A DNA stretch of 64,000 nucleotides from Acidobacteriota bacterium (GTDB taxonomy: Bacteria > Acidobacteriota > UBA6911). The notes beneath the pieces were generated by a model. The model did not search any database. It was not told where the DNA came from and saw nothing but the letters and a program-made list of their open reading frames with translations. This document shows, piece after piece, positions 19,168-29,744 of the stretch. The stretch lies in NCBI GenBank assembly GCA_963664705.1, contig OY761556.1, positions 5,984,001 to 6,048,000 of the forward strand, given 5' to 3'. Position numbers and translations under genes: made by a program. Numbering within the stretch: the stretch's first letter is position 1; each line of letters starts with the position of its first letter.

Positions 19168-20466
19168 CTATTTTTTTAGGTGCATTTCAAGAAATTTGAA
19201 AAAATATTCCCAGTCGGAGGGTAAAGAGCCATGGCCTCCCGCATGCATAAAATACCCGAGCGTGTGGAGGAGTGGAATTCCCGCAGCGGGCATTTGGGGA
19301 GCTTCGATACCATCTTTCCCGAATAGCTTATAGACGGGGGTTGCCGCCAGGGCAGCGAGGAACTCTCCTTTGGGATCCGACCACCGATCAGTGTCGCCGG
19401 TCTGCAGCAAAACGGGCCGGGGGGCAATCAGGGCGAGCAGCATATGGGCATCCACCGGAAACTGATCAACGTGGTCGGCGTATTTTGCGTAGTTTGCGCA
19501 AAACTGGTAGGGGTAGCGCGACGGTTCCACCAGGTGTTTGATGGTCTCCCCATAATTTCTCCGGCTCAGAGCGGCACCCCCCTCTCCTGAGCAGCTGGCA
19601 ATCACCAGGGAAAATCGCGGATCGTGGGCCGCCGTCCACAGAACTGTTTTGCCTAGCCTGGAGACGCCCATCAAAGCTACGCGTCGCGCATCAACGCCCG
19701 GATCGGTTTCCAAATAATCCAGGGTTCGGCTAAGTCCCCATGCCCAGGCGGAGATAGCTCCCCATTCATCCGGCGCAGGTGCGGACTGTCCCGGCTTCAG
19801 ATAGATGCTGCGAATGCCCGCGGCCAGGCCATTCAATGCATCGGGATCGAAATCGGCATAGTTTACGGTCGCAACCCCGAATCCCCGTTCCAACAGTGGC
19901 ATAACATCGATGCCGCCGAAATTGAATCCGCCCGGTTTGGCCGGGGTGCGCTGGTTTGCTTTGGGATCAAAGAGGCGTCCTTCCTTTACCCCGGGATCAT
20001 TCACAGCCAGATTGTTTGCCGTGAATCCTGCGTTCAAGAGCACCGGAACGCGACCGCCCGGTTTGGCCGGAAGATATAGCAGCACATCTGCGAATTGCTT
20101 GAATTTGTCTTTGGTGAAGTAGATCGTAATCTGCCTGCGAATGGCTTTGCCGTCAAATGCCGGAGTCCCTTTATCGAAAACATCGAAACTCAGTTCGGCC
20201 GGCCGGCCCGGCATGCGGCCGAACTGGTTTTCTTCGAGCAGCTTCAGGATTTCCGGGCGCCTTTTTTCAACCCAGGTTTTTGCGCTGGTCACAGGCTTGC
20301 CATTGGCCAGTTTCAGCAGATCCGGCAATGTGTAGCTGCCTGCCTTGGATTCCGTGTAGTTGACCGGGATACCACTCTTTACTTCATCCGGAGCATCGGC
20401 AACCTGGGCCTTTGCAGTCCAGGCACAAAACAGAATAAGAGCCAATGAAAGGCAGCGGTTCTTCAT
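19168..20466 (-). CDS. Secreted carbohydrate esterase, CE15 (glucuronoyl esterase-like) alpha/beta hydrolase
   Basis: Signal peptide from ATG 20466; WGAISAWAWGLSR, GVSRLGK nucleophile elbow, SGEGGAALSRR, DAHMLLALIAPRP. Confidence 0.88.
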   Translation of the reverse strand: MKNRCLSLALILFCAWTAKAQVADAPDEVKSGIPVNYTESKAGSYTLPDLLKLANGKPVTSAKTWVEKRRPEILKLLEENQFGRMPGRPAELSFDVFDKGTPAFDGKAIRRQITIYFTKDKFKQFADVLLYLPAKPGGRVPVLLNAGFTANNLAVNDPGVKEGRLFDPKANQRTPAKPGGFNFGGIDVMPLLERGFGVATVNYADFDPDALNGLAAGIRSIYLKPGQSAPAPDEWGAISAWAWGLSRTLDYLETDPGVDARRVALMGVSRLGKTVLWTAAHDPRFSLVIASCSGEGGAALSRRNYGETIKHLVEPSRYPYQFCANYAKYADHVDQFPVDAHMLLALIAPRPVLLQTGDTDRWSDPKGEFLAALAATPVYKLFGKDGIEAPQMPAAGIPLLHTLGYFMHAGGHGSLPSDWEYFFKFLEMHLKK

Positions 20467-20670
20467 CGTAGATCCTTTCCGCAAAAACACTGTTGGTGTG
20501 GGTAGAATATAGCACCTTTTCCGCTTCGTAGAGTTCACGGCTGTAATGGGACTGGGGATCGGTCGGGAATTGGATGCATCATCGCAGTTCCCGATTTGAG
20601 GAATTCCGATTGCAGCGCATTGCGTTTCGTCGTATTCTCTTCACAAAAATCAAACATGGAGAAATCTGCT

Positions 20671-21390
20671 ATGAAACGCTGGTTGCTGCCTATAGTCGTG
20701 GTTGTTGCGCTCGGGTTGTGTGTTGCAACAGCCGGCGATTTCTGGAAGTCGAAGAAGTTTTCTACCTGGAATGATGAAGAAAGCAAAAAGGTATTGGAAG
20801 ATTCCCCCTGGGCTCGCCAGGTTCCCATCAAATATATCTTTGCCGGTGGTCGCGGTGGCCCCGGTATGGGTGGGGGTATGGGTAGAGGCGGAATGGGAGG
20901 CGGCGGTGGTGAAGGCGGCGGAGGCTTTGGTCCCCTGGGTCCTCCAAAGGCCGAAGCACAGACGCCGAAAGCTACGCTGCGCTGGCAAAGCGCTCTTCCC
21001 GTCAAGCAGGCGATGGCTCGTTTGCGGTACAAGGATGAAGTCGAAAAATCCGAAGAGGCTGCCAAGAGCCTGTCCCGGCAGGAAGGGCAATATATTCTCA
21101 GTGTCAGTGGAGTAATGGGCGCGCCCAATTCCTTCAAAACTGAGGTGCTTAAAGCAGGCGCGACGCTGAAAATCGGAAGCCTCGATCCTATGCCGCCGTC
21201 CGATGTGCTGGTTGATCGGAATGGGATGTCGACGGTTCTCTTCTTTGCCTTTCCCAAGGCTCAGGCCGGATCTCATATCATTGAAGAGAAAGACAAGTCG
21301 ATTGAATTTCAGCTCAAAACGCCCAATATAGAACTCAAAGGCAAGTTCTCTTTGGACGACATGGTCTATCAGAGCAAGCTGGAAATTTAG
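20671..21390 (+). CDS. Secreted hypothetical protein with Gly/Met-rich insert; paralog of 52142-52864
   Basis: Signal peptide, DFWKSK...W...KVLEDSPWA, WQSALPVKQAM, FAFPK, DMVYQSKL. Confidence 0.75.
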   Translation: MKRWLLPIVVVVALGLCVATAGDFWKSKKFSTWNDEESKKVLEDSPWARQVPIKYIFAGGRGGPGMGGGMGRGGMGGGGGEGGGGFGPLGPPKAEAQTPKATLRWQSALPVKQAMARLRYKDEVEKSEEAAKSLSRQEGQYILSVSGVMGAPNSFKTEVLKAGATLKIGSLDPMPPSDVLVDRNGMSTVLFFAFPKAQAGSHIIEEKDKSIEFQLKTPNIELKGKFSLDDMVYQSKLEI

Positions 21391-21434
21391 TCGAACCGGA
21401 CGGTGCTTGCGGGAGGTCTGCGCGAGCAGGAATC

Positions 21435-21489
21435 AAAGGGGGGGTGCTGATTTTTACATAAAAATCAGCACCCCCCCTTTTCTTTTTTT
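21435..21489. terminator. Intrinsic terminator between convergent genes
   Basis: aaagggggggtgctgattttt-acat-aaaaatcagcacccccccttt followed by a T-run. Confidence 0.85.
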
Positions 21490-21492
21490 GAC

Positions 21493-22410
21493 TTACTTGG
21501 CTTTGAAGAAGTCTGCGTCGATCTTGCCGTTATTCAGGAACTGCCCGCTGGACCGCATGGTCCAATTGGCCACAAAAGAAGATCCTTGCCCCTGAACCTC
21601 ATATTCTATCGCGTATGAGTACGGAAGAACCAGGTCGCCCGCTTTCTGGTAGTTGTCAAATTTTTCGATGAGAGTGTAATAGGAATTCGGAACGCCGGCC
21701 ATGATTGTGGCATTGGGTCTGGCCTGGCCGTTATCATATCCGGCTCCTACCGGAGCTGAGGAAACGACGTTTTGGGTCGCGCTCAGGTCATCCTTGTGCG
21801 AAACCTTGTACTCCGTCCGCAGGTGATGAAAATTTTCCGCATCGAAGAACATCTTTACTTTGAGATCTCCGAGGGCCTTTTTGGGGCGGTATTCAACTTC
21901 GTATACGGACTTTCCATCCAGTTTGCCGTCACTGACCTTGAGTTCAGCGCCGCGGTCTTTCAGGCTGAGCAGTGGCCATGCCAGGGATAAGGTGCCGCCA
22001 AGCAAGCCTTCCTTGACAAGTCCGTTATTCCTATAAATGAATTCCGCAATCGGCGATTTCTGGCCAGGCTTGATATTGCCGACCGTGACCTCTTTCCCGT
22101 CATAGGCAAAATATTCACCCGGGTATTCCAGGGCGCCGAATTTCATTGCCAGGCCCATCCGCTGCGGCTCTGAAGCCACAAGGAATCCGCCGTCGTTCCA
22201 GGCTCCTGAAGCGCCCTGGACGAATCTTACCGCCGCGACTCCGCTGATGATGCGGGAATGGAGCGACTTGACCGCTTCCGGGCTTCCAATCGATTTCAGA
22301 TGGCCGGCCAGGAGTTCTTCGGCCGTCATCTTCTTTTCCTGCGCCTGTGCGGCGGCAAGTGGAAGGATGAAAACAAGGGCGAGCCATAAAAGGCGATTCA
22401 CTTTTAACAT
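21493..22410 (-). CDS. Secreted hypothetical protein (possible LolA-like/outer-membrane lipoprotein-sorting fold)
   Basis: Signal peptide, TAEELLAGHLKSIG, beta-rich body, FDNYQKAGDLVLPY; GAGGAGG RBS. Confidence 0.65.
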   Translation of the reverse strand: MLKVNRLLWLALVFILPLAAAQAQEKKMTAEELLAGHLKSIGSPEAVKSLHSRIISGVAAVRFVQGASGAWNDGGFLVASEPQRMGLAMKFGALEYPGEYFAYDGKEVTVGNIKPGQKSPIAEFIYRNNGLVKEGLLGGTLSLAWPLLSLKDRGAELKVSDGKLDGKSVYEVEYRPKKALGDLKVKMFFDAENFHHLRTEYKVSHKDDLSATQNVVSSAPVGAGYDNGQARPNATIMAGVPNSYYTLIEKFDNYQKAGDLVLPYSYAIEYEVQGQGSSFVANWTMRSSGQFLNNGKIDADFFKAK

Positions 22411-22838
22411 GGATTCCTCCTCAAATAGAGCTAGCAGTGCAAGTGTTTATGGGTGCGATTCTATCAGATAACGCCTTCGTTTTTATTGATCAGTATTTCA
22501 GCTGAATAGTTCAGAAATTTGCGCTTTTCGGATCCATCTGGCGTTCGAAGTGGTCGTAAGCCCTTGTGGAATAGCCGGGACAGTCCTTTTCCTGATAGCA
22601 AAAGCATTCAAGTATAGTTACGCTTCTTGTCCTGAAATGGTTTCAGCCAAACTGGGCAGGAGTCCGAATATTTATATTTTGCCGCAATTTAGGTTCAAAG
22701 TGTGACTCCAACCTCTGCTATGCTGAAGATACCTGGCAGGGAACGAAGCGTGGCCGCATGGCTACCCGGAAGTTGGCAGGCATCGCCGTGTCGTGTCCAT
22801 TTGATGTCCATTGAAGCAGCAAAGTGGGGCGTGCGTTT

Positions 22839-23486
22839 ATGAATGCGCATGTGAAGGAAATCCTGGAATTTTCGTTTGTGGCCTTCAGCTCCATCTTTTT
22901 TATCGTAGATCCGCTGGCGGCTATCCCTTCTTTTCTCGTGATGACCTCCGAAGACAGCGAAGAGAAGCGCAGGCGGATGGCACGGCAGTCTGCATGGACC
23001 TGTTTCCTCGTCTTGATGGTCTTTTCGCTGGCCGGGACACTCATTTTCAAATTGTTCAGCATCACGCTTCCGGCATTTAAAATTGCCGGGGGGATCATTC
23101 TGTTCCTTGTAGCTATCGATATGCTGCAGGCCAGAAGATCCAGTACCCAGGAGGTTACCGAGGAACGCCTGGAAGGGGCGGAAAAGGATGAGATCGGGGT
23201 TACCCCCATGGGAATCCCGATGCTTGCCGGCCCAGGTGCGATTTCTACCGTGATGGTACTGATGGGGCAGTCAAGGAATTGGTGGCAGGTTATCCCGGTA
23301 TTTGCCGCCATCGCGATCACCGCCCTGGCATCCTATTACATTCTGGCAGGAGCCAACCGTGTTCGACGGTTTCTCGGGGAGATCGGGATTCGCATTCTCA
23401 TGAGGCTCATGGGTCTGGTCCTCACGGCACTGGCTGTTCAGTTTGTAATAAACGGACTGATGGATATTAGGGTCATTAGTCGGTAA
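22839..23486 (+). CDS. MarC family (NAAT) membrane protein
   Basis: FFIVDP, FKIAGGIILF, PMGIPMLAGPGAI, RLMGLVL. Confidence 0.92.
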   Translation: MNAHVKEILEFSFVAFSSIFFIVDPLAAIPSFLVMTSEDSEEKRRRMARQSAWTCFLVLMVFSLAGTLIFKLFSITLPAFKIAGGIILFLVAIDMLQARRSSTQEVTEERLEGAEKDEIGVTPMGIPMLAGPGAISTVMVLMGQSRNWWQVIPVFAAIAITALASYYILAGANRVRRFLGEIGIRILMRLMGLVLTALAVQFVINGLMDIRVISR

Positions 23487-23525
23487 ATCACCTTCTCTGG
23501 AATCGTCCATCTGGAATCCCAAACC

Positions 23526-24656
23526 TTGCTGCCGATTACGCTGCAGGAATCTGAAACAGAAAACACCCGACCGGAGAAGGGAATTGCGCTTTGCCTGTCC
23601 GGCGGTGGCTACCGGGCCATGTTGTTTCACCTGGGAACATTGTGGCGGCTGAATGAATTGGGTTGTCTTCCAGCCCTGGACCGCGTTTCGAGCGTGTCCG
23701 GGGGGACGATCACTGCGGCGGTGCTGGCATGCTGGTGGCCTCAATTGCAATTTGATCGCCAGGGTGTGGCAGCCAATTTCAGAGAGCTTGTTGCCGGACC
23801 GATCTGTGCCATGGCCGCACGGAGTCTTGACATCCCTTCCGTTTTAAAGGGGCTTCTCTGGTTCGGTTCCGCGTCCGAGCATGTTGCTGCTGCCTATCGT
23901 CGGCATCTCTACGGAAGCAAAACGCTGCAGGATCTTCCGGACCATCCGCGGTTTGTCTTTAATGCCACGAATATGCAGTCGAAAGTGCTCTGGCGCTTTT
24001 CAAAGCCCTATATGGGAGACTATCTCGTAGGCAGAATATTCTCTCCGGTGTTGGATATTGCGACTGCTGTAGCCGCTTCATCCGCATTCCCGCCCGTTCT
24101 CTCCCCCGCGATTCTGAAGATCGATCCGGAGCTTTTTGCGCCGGGCAGCGGATCTCTCCAGCATCCGCCCTTTACATCGCGAGTGATTCTGACGGATGGC
24201 GGCGTATACGACAACCTGGGCCTGGAAACCGCCTGGAAGCGCTACCACACAATTCTGGTGAGCGATGGTGGTGCGGAAGCCGCAGTGAAACCCAAGCTCT
24301 CGCGCAACTGGATTTCTCAGTCCATCCGCGTGCTCGCACTAATCGATAACCAGGTCGGCAGTCTTCGCAAAAGACAGGTTGTTGAATCCTACAAAATGAA
24401 AATCCGGGCAGGAGCCTACTGGGGCATCCGCAGCGACATCCGCAACTATAGTCTGCGGGATGCGCTGCTTTGTGATCATTCTGAAACAATGAAAGCTGCA
24501 AGCATTCCCACGCGTCTGTCCGCACTCTCGCGGGAGCAGCAGTATCGCATTATCGATTGGGGATATGCCGTCTGCGATGCCGCCATGCGCGCGCACGTAC
24601 TTCCCGCGGCAACCGCTCCCACGCGTTCTCCACACGGCGTATTTTCGAATCAGTGA
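23526..24656 (+). CDS. Patatin-like phospholipase
   Basis: LSGGGYRA, SVSGG nucleophile, AASSAFPP, DGGVYDN. Start codon uncertain. Confidence 0.88.
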   Translation: MLPITLQESETENTRPEKGIALCLSGGGYRAMLFHLGTLWRLNELGCLPALDRVSSVSGGTITAAVLACWWPQLQFDRQGVAANFRELVAGPICAMAARSLDIPSVLKGLLWFGSASEHVAAAYRRHLYGSKTLQDLPDHPRFVFNATNMQSKVLWRFSKPYMGDYLVGRIFSPVLDIATAVAASSAFPPVLSPAILKIDPELFAPGSGSLQHPPFTSRVILTDGGVYDNLGLETAWKRYHTILVSDGGAEAAVKPKLSRNWISQSIRVLALIDNQVGSLRKRQVVESYKMKIRAGAYWGIRSDIRNYSLRDALLCDHSETMKAASIPTRLSALSREQQYRIIDWGYAVCDAAMRAHVLPAATAPTRSPHGVFSNQ

Positions 24657-24659
24657 TCG

Positions 24660-24721
24660 CAGATTCCAGATTCCAGATTCCAGATTTTGAACTTCTCCTG
24701 AAATCTGGAACCCGGAATCTC
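24660..24721. repeat. 7-mer tandem repeat (AGATTCC) with an opposed degenerate arm
   Basis: cagattccagattccagattccagatt ... aatctggaacccggaatct. Confidence 0.8.
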
Positions 24722-24791
24722 AAGTACAAACTCTTTGACAAATATGCACTCCGATGATATTAATGTGATATCACTTTGATAACAGGAGACA

Positions 24792-25805
24792 ATGGACGTC
24801 ATGGAAAACGAAGAGGCTTTGTTGAACAGGGAACAGACCGTTCGTGTTCAGAATGGCTGGCTGATGCTTGTGCTGTTGATCGGGCTCTTGATTTGTGACG
24901 TGGCGCTTTTTGTGTATTCGATAGCTGAAGGTTCGGAGGTGCAGGGGCATCCCCTGATCCCGCTGTTTTTGGGGAGTATTGTAGGGCTGGCAGTCCTGAT
25001 TATCCTGTTGACGGGATTTTTCACGCTGCAGCCCAACGAAGCGCGCGTGCTGTTGTTGTTCGGGAAATATCGCGGCACGGTGAGGGAGAGCGGATTTCAC
25101 TGGGGCAACCCGTTCTACTCCAATGGGCAGAATATCAGCCAGGCGGGGGATCGCTCTCAGGTTGAAGCGCAACGCAAGCAGATCGGGCACGGGAGGACAA
25201 AAGTGACCTTTACGCGCAACAAGATATCTTTGCGTGCGCGGACCATCAATGTTGAGAAACTGAAGGTCAATGACAAGCGCGGCAACCCGATCGAGATTGG
25301 GGCCGTTATGGTCTGGAGAGTTCAGGATACGGCTCAGGCGGTCTTTGACGTCGATGACTATGAAAAATATGTGGAGACGCAGAGTGAGTCGGCGCTGAGG
25401 CATCTGGCCAGTGAGTATGCGTATGACCATGGGGAAGAGCATGAAAGCACTCTCCGAAGCAATGCCAACGAGGTTTCGGCGGCGTTGAGAAAAGAGCTCG
25501 AGGAGCGCTTGTCCAGGGCCGGAGTTGCGGTGGAGGAAGCTCGCTTGACCCACCTGGCGTATGCTCCGGAGATTGCGCAGGCGATGTTGCGGCGTCAGCA
25601 GGCGGAAGCGGTGATTGCGGCCAGGCAAAAAATTGTGCAGGGCGCGGTCAGCATGGTAGATATGGCGCTTCACGATTTGGCGGAGAAACAGGTGGTTGTG
25701 TTGGATGATGAACGGAAGGCCGCCATGGTCAGCAACCTGATGGTCGTGCTTTGCGGCGAATCCGAGGTTCATCCTGTTGTCAATGCCGGTACCCTGTATT
25801 CATGA
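24792..25805 (+). CDS. SPFH (band 7) domain membrane protein
   Basis: Two N-terminal TMs, [38 protein letters not shown]. Confidence 0.92.
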   Translation: MDVMENEEALLNREQTVRVQNGWLMLVLLIGLLICDVALFVYSIAEGSEVQGHPLIPLFLGSIVGLAVLIILLTGFFTLQPNEARVLLLFGKYRGTVRESGFHWGNPFYSNGQNISQAGDRSQVEAQRKQIGHGRTKVTFTRNKISLRARTINVEKLKVNDKRGNPIEIGAVMVWRVQDTAQAVFDVDDYEKYVETQSESALRHLASEYAYDHGEEHESTLRSNANEVSAALRKELEERLSRAGVAVEEARLTHLAYAPEIAQAMLRRQQAEAVIAARQKIVQGAVSMVDMALHDLAEKQVVVLDDERKAAMVSNLMVVLCGESEVHPVVNAGTLYS

Positions 25806-25816
25806 TCCGGTGACTG

Positions 25817-26014
25817 ATGGATAGCAGAAAGTCATTCCTATTGCGAATTGATCCGGAGCTTTGGGCGGAGCTGGAAAGCTGGGCGGCCGCCGAGCTCCGG
25901 AGTGTCAACGGGCAGGTGGAATACCTGCTCCGGCAGGCAGTGGCGAAGCGAAAAGGTAGTTCGGCGCGAAAGCCCAAGGCTGACGGTTCACCGCATTCGG
26001 GCGGCCGGGAATAG
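25817..26014 (+). CDS. Arc-like ribbon-helix-helix DNA-binding protein
   Basis: [27 protein letters not shown], the usual small partner downstream of this SPFH subfamily. Confidence 0.82.
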   Translation: MDSRKSFLLRIDPELWAELESWAAAELRSVNGQVEYLLRQAVAKRKGSSARKPKADGSPHSGGRE

Positions 26015-26078
26015 CGACCGAAGTTTTTATTGCCGCGGGTTTCGGGAATATCGATATTGGCGCTATACTGGCCGGCAT

Positions 26079-26678
26079 ATGAAACGTCTTCAAATTCATC
26101 CGGTAAATCCGCAAAGCCGTTATCTGAAAAGTGCGGTCGATATCCTTGGCGACGGGGGACTCCTGATCTACCCGACCGACTCCGTATATGGGCTGGGGTG
26201 CGACCTTTTCAACAAGAGCGCTGTCGAGAAGATTTATCAGCAGAAGGGAAATGACAAGCGCAAGCTGCTGAGTTTCATCTGCCCTGATCTGAAGAACATC
26301 ACGGAATATGCCTACGTTTCCAATGCCGCCTACAAAGTGATGAGGCATCTTTTGCCGGGGCCCTATACCTTTATTCTGAACGCAACCAAACAGGTGCCCA
26401 AGATTCTTCTGGAGAAGCGCAAAACCGTTGGGATAAGGGTTCCGGACAACGTCGTATGCCAGGGCCTGCTCGCCGAATTCGGCCGGCCTGTCATCAGCAC
26501 AAGCGCCTGTTTGCCCAATCAGGAGTTCTTGAGCGATCCGGATGCGATTGCGGACACATTCGGGAGCATTGTGGATCTCTTCCTGGATTCGGGTCCGGGT
26601 GGCATGGAATTATCCACAGTGATCGATTTTACGCAGGGTGAGCCCGTAGTGGTGCGGCAGGGAAAAGGGAAGGTTTAG
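26079..26678 (+). CDS. Sua5/YciO/YrdC family threonylcarbamoyl-AMP synthase-like protein
   Basis: YPTDSVYGLGC, LPGPYTFIL, VGIRVP, STSA, STVID, VRQGKG. Confidence 0.92.
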   Translation: MKRLQIHPVNPQSRYLKSAVDILGDGGLLIYPTDSVYGLGCDLFNKSAVEKIYQQKGNDKRKLLSFICPDLKNITEYAYVSNAAYKVMRHLLPGPYTFILNATKQVPKILLEKRKTVGIRVPDNVVCQGLLAEFGRPVISTSACLPNQEFLSDPDAIADTFGSIVDLFLDSGPGGMELSTVIDFTQGEPVVVRQGKGKV

Positions 26679-27577
26679 TTGACGAACCCAATCAGCGTCA
26701 AAACGAGGAAAGCGGGTTCGTTGCTTTTGTCGACGACCCGGCGAACCGCAGTTCCGAATGCCCCGGCCTGTTGAAGAATGCTCCCTCCGTTGATAATTTT
26801 CAGGCTCTTCGGATTTCGAAGCAATTGAACGTTGATGTCCACTCGGGATATTCCGTTGCGGTAGAGCTCTTCGGCCGAGTTTGCCACGAGGCCCTTAAAT
26901 TCCCCAATGGACGCAGAAGGGTCAACCGTTAGCGCTGAATCCTGCGCCAGTCTTTCAAGCAACGCATCCGCAATTAGTGCTCCAGCCCCGTTTTTTCTCA
27001 GATCCTCGATTTGACTCTGCAGCGCTTCCTGGATTTCGGCAGGCTGGTGTTCTTCTCGCGGGCTTGCGAATACTTCCGTGATGAACAGTTCCCGCTCGTA
27101 AGGAGGTGCGCAATGGACAATCCCGATTCCAACTCGACTGACATCGATCGCAAGGATATTGTCGCGGTGGGCGGGACTCTGCATCAGGGCATTCTCAGCC
27201 CAGGTGAGTGATCTGGAGCTGGCAACATTTTCTCGCGCGGCTTTGTAGCGATAGCCGCCGATATTCATCCTGGTTTTGAGATCCCCGGCGGGCATTTCGT
27301 GACTGATGAATCCCTGGCGCGCCATTCCCGCGGATTGTTCACGCGCGATTTGGGTAAGCGCTTCATCGAAGACCAGCGGTACAAGTCCCTGCTGAATTCT
27401 CCTTTGGTTGGTCATGGTCAGCAGGGTGTCTTCCAGCCGCGCCGCGTCCTTCGAGGAAATCTGTGTGCTCCACGATCGCGGAACATCGGCGGCCATCGCG
27501 GTCATAGCACAGAATACGCAAAGCATTGCAATGGACAATGCTCGAAGGAGACAGTCGGAAGCCCACGTCTTTGGCAT
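26675..27577 (-). CDS. Secreted CAP (SCP-like) domain protein
   Basis: TNQRR..GL..L..DEAL, ENVA, LMQSPAHRDNIL, VGIGI. Confidence 0.85.
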   Translation of the reverse strand: MPKTWASDCLLRALSIAMLCVFCAMTAMAADVPRSWSTQISSKDAARLEDTLLTMTNQRRIQQGLVPLVFDEALTQIAREQSAGMARQGFISHEMPAGDLKTRMNIGGYRYKAARENVASSRSLTWAENALMQSPAHRDNILAIDVSRVGIGIVHCAPPYERELFITEVFASPREEHQPAEIQEALQSQIEDLRKNGAGALIADALLERLAQDSALTVDPSASIGEFKGLVANSAEELYRNGISRVDINVQLLRNPKSLKIINGGSILQQAGAFGTAVRRVVDKSNEPAFLVLTLIGFVN

Positions 27578-27999
27578 GCGCCCTCTTTACTTATCTTGGT
27601 CAGGATCAATATCGCGGATTTTTGGGGGCACTTTGGTGATGGGCATCACCAAAGCAGAGGATTTCGGCAGAAACCAAGCCATTGCCGGTGGAGCAGGCAG
27701 CAATGGAAACGGAGGAGCCCCGTCATCGATCATATCTGCCAATACCGTGGAAAGCCTGTAAAAGGAGGCGTTTGTAACTTAATGCGGCTGTTTCAGGCAA
27801 AATGGTGGCTTTGCGCCATTCCGATGGCGAAGGCAGCTAAACTTGCAAATCTTAATGAATTCCGGTGAAGATAAGGGCACTTAATGCCGAAGAATCTTTT
27901 GGAAGTGTGATAATATGAAAGCTCTAAGGAAAAAAGCGTGACTCCGCAAAGTCGGTCTCATGCCCGCGAGCTCTCAACAACGATCAGGGGTAAGAGTCC

Positions 28000-28791
28000 G
28001 TGTACATTCGTAAGCGTGTTCGCAGAAAAAGCTTCCTGAGAAGGCATCGGGTACTGATACTAATTCTGCTGGGTGTTGGTTCTGCTCTTGGAGCTTTCGT
28101 CGCGACACGATATCTGCGCACTCCCCCGGAACAAGTTGTCTTTTCTCCCCCCAGTTTTTCGGATTCCGCGGTCCAGCAGAGCCGGCAATTTCGACCTTCG
28201 AAGAACCCGCGATATGTGTATCCCTATTCGGTGATTCCCGGTGGCGTACAAAGCCGCGAGGAACTGACCAGCATTATCGCGAACGATCCGGTTGTTGCTG
28301 AGCATTACGCCAAGTTTATGGTAAGTCAGGCAAGGATAATCAGTACCAACGAAACCCAGTTTGTGCACGTGGCTTACCGACTTAAGAACAAGGTCTATTG
28401 GACTTCAAAGACGGTAAAGATTCCCAAGGGCGAAACCCTGATCACGGATGGAACCGCAACCGCACGCACGCGCTGTGGAAACATGGTTTCCGCAGTCCCC
28501 CTCGAGCCGGTTGCCGAGGAAGAGCCGTCGGTGGAAACATTCGACGTTACGGTGCTCGAGAGGATTGATGTTCCCGATCTGGAGACTCCGGCGCTGGACA
28601 TGCAGTTTAGTGAGGTTCCGACACTGAAGCCGTACCTTCCCGTGCAGCGGCCCACCATTCTTCCTTACTATTACCGCCCGCTTTTTGTAGTGCGCCCCAG
28701 CACCACAGAGGTCCCGGAACCTGCCACTTTCAGTCTGCTTGCGATCGGGCTGGCGGGGCTTGCCACCTATAGATTTATGCGAAGAAAGTAG
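28000..28791 (+). CDS. PEP-CTERM sorting domain protein
   Basis: C-terminal VPEPATFSLLAIGLAGLATYRFMRRK; N-terminal basic stretch plus TM; YPYSVIPGGV and RTRCGN core. Confidence 0.88.
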   Translation: MYIRKRVRRKSFLRRHRVLILILLGVGSALGAFVATRYLRTPPEQVVFSPPSFSDSAVQQSRQFRPSKNPRYVYPYSVIPGGVQSREELTSIIANDPVVAEHYAKFMVSQARIISTNETQFVHVAYRLKNKVYWTSKTVKIPKGETLITDGTATARTRCGNMVSAVPLEPVAEEEPSVETFDVTVLERIDVPDLETPALDMQFSEVPTLKPYLPVQRPTILPYYYRPLFVVRPSTTEVPEPATFSLLAIGLAGLATYRFMRRK

Positions 28792-28915
28792 CCTTCCTCC
28801 TCACGGTTTCGCTTCTCTCTCCTCGTCATGAAATTTGACTTACAAAATGGAAGGCCGCGTTGTATATGTTTTGGGTCTTTCCTTAACAAATTTTGTATGC
28901 AAATGGGGAGGGTAT

Positions 28916-29656
28916 ATGAAAGTGCGGACGGCTGTTTTACTCCTGGCAATGCTGGCGGCCGGGATCCCTGCATTGGCGCAAGGCCAGGCACAGGCTCCGG
29001 TGAAAGCATTGACAGGGAACTTTGGTATCGGGTTTGCCCTGACGGGAGGGAACACGGATACGAAGAGCTTTAACTTATCCTACGAAGCAACGCATGATCC
29101 CAAAACCAAAAACGTAATCAAATCCAGGGGGCTTTACCTGCGATCCAGCTCGAAAGATGAATTGACTGCGGATTCGCTTCGACTCGACTTCCGGGATGAC
29201 TATGCGTTTGCGAAACGCGTGACATTGTATGGTGCCATGGGATATTTGCGAGATCCTTTCAAGAGCATCAGCTACCTGCTCAATCCCCAGGGTGGAATCG
29301 GCTTCAAAGCCTATACTTCCGATAGAGCCACTTTTGCTCTGAGCGGCGGCGCGGGTGGTGTTTGGGAGAAAGACGAGGGTTTGGATGTGCGGTCCAGCGG
29401 GACCCTGAATGCCGGCCAGAGTTTTTCCTGCAAGATCTCGAATACCGCGAAGCTGACGCAGAACCTGACGGGAATGTGGAAGACGAAGGAGTTTGCGGAT
29501 GCCCTGTACCACTTCGATATTGCCCTTGTGGCCACGGTTGTAAAGAAGGTGGACGTCAAACTTGAATTCATGGACGAGTATAAAAACAGAACTCCGTTGG
29601 TCACGATCAAGAAAAACGATACCGCGTTTATCACCAGTCTGCTTTACAAATTCTAA
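28916..29656 (+). CDS. DUF481/YdiY-like outer membrane beta-barrel protein
   Basis: Signal peptide, TGGNTDT, alternating beta pattern, terminal YKF; GGAGG RBS. Confidence 0.82.
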   Translation: MKVRTAVLLLAMLAAGIPALAQGQAQAPVKALTGNFGIGFALTGGNTDTKSFNLSYEATHDPKTKNVIKSRGLYLRSSSKDELTADSLRLDFRDDYAFAKRVTLYGAMGYLRDPFKSISYLLNPQGGIGFKAYTSDRATFALSGGAGGVWEKDEGLDVRSSGTLNAGQSFSCKISNTAKLTQNLTGMWKTKEFADALYHFDIALVATVVKKVDVKLEFMDEYKNRTPLVTIKKNDTAFITSLLYKF

Positions 29657-29744
29657 GCTATCGGAGCAGCCATTCTGCGAATGATCACGGACGGATTTGC
29701 CCGTGATCATTCGCTCCTCGCGGAATGGTCACTGCCGCTGCCGG

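Noticed and set aside
23526-24656. Patatin as a CBASS or other defence effector
   Set aside because: No nucleotidyltransferase or other defence gene nearby; the neighbours are housekeeping-type genes.
25817-26014. RHH protein as an antitoxin
   Set aside because: No toxin partner; it sits in the usual position after this SPFH subfamily.
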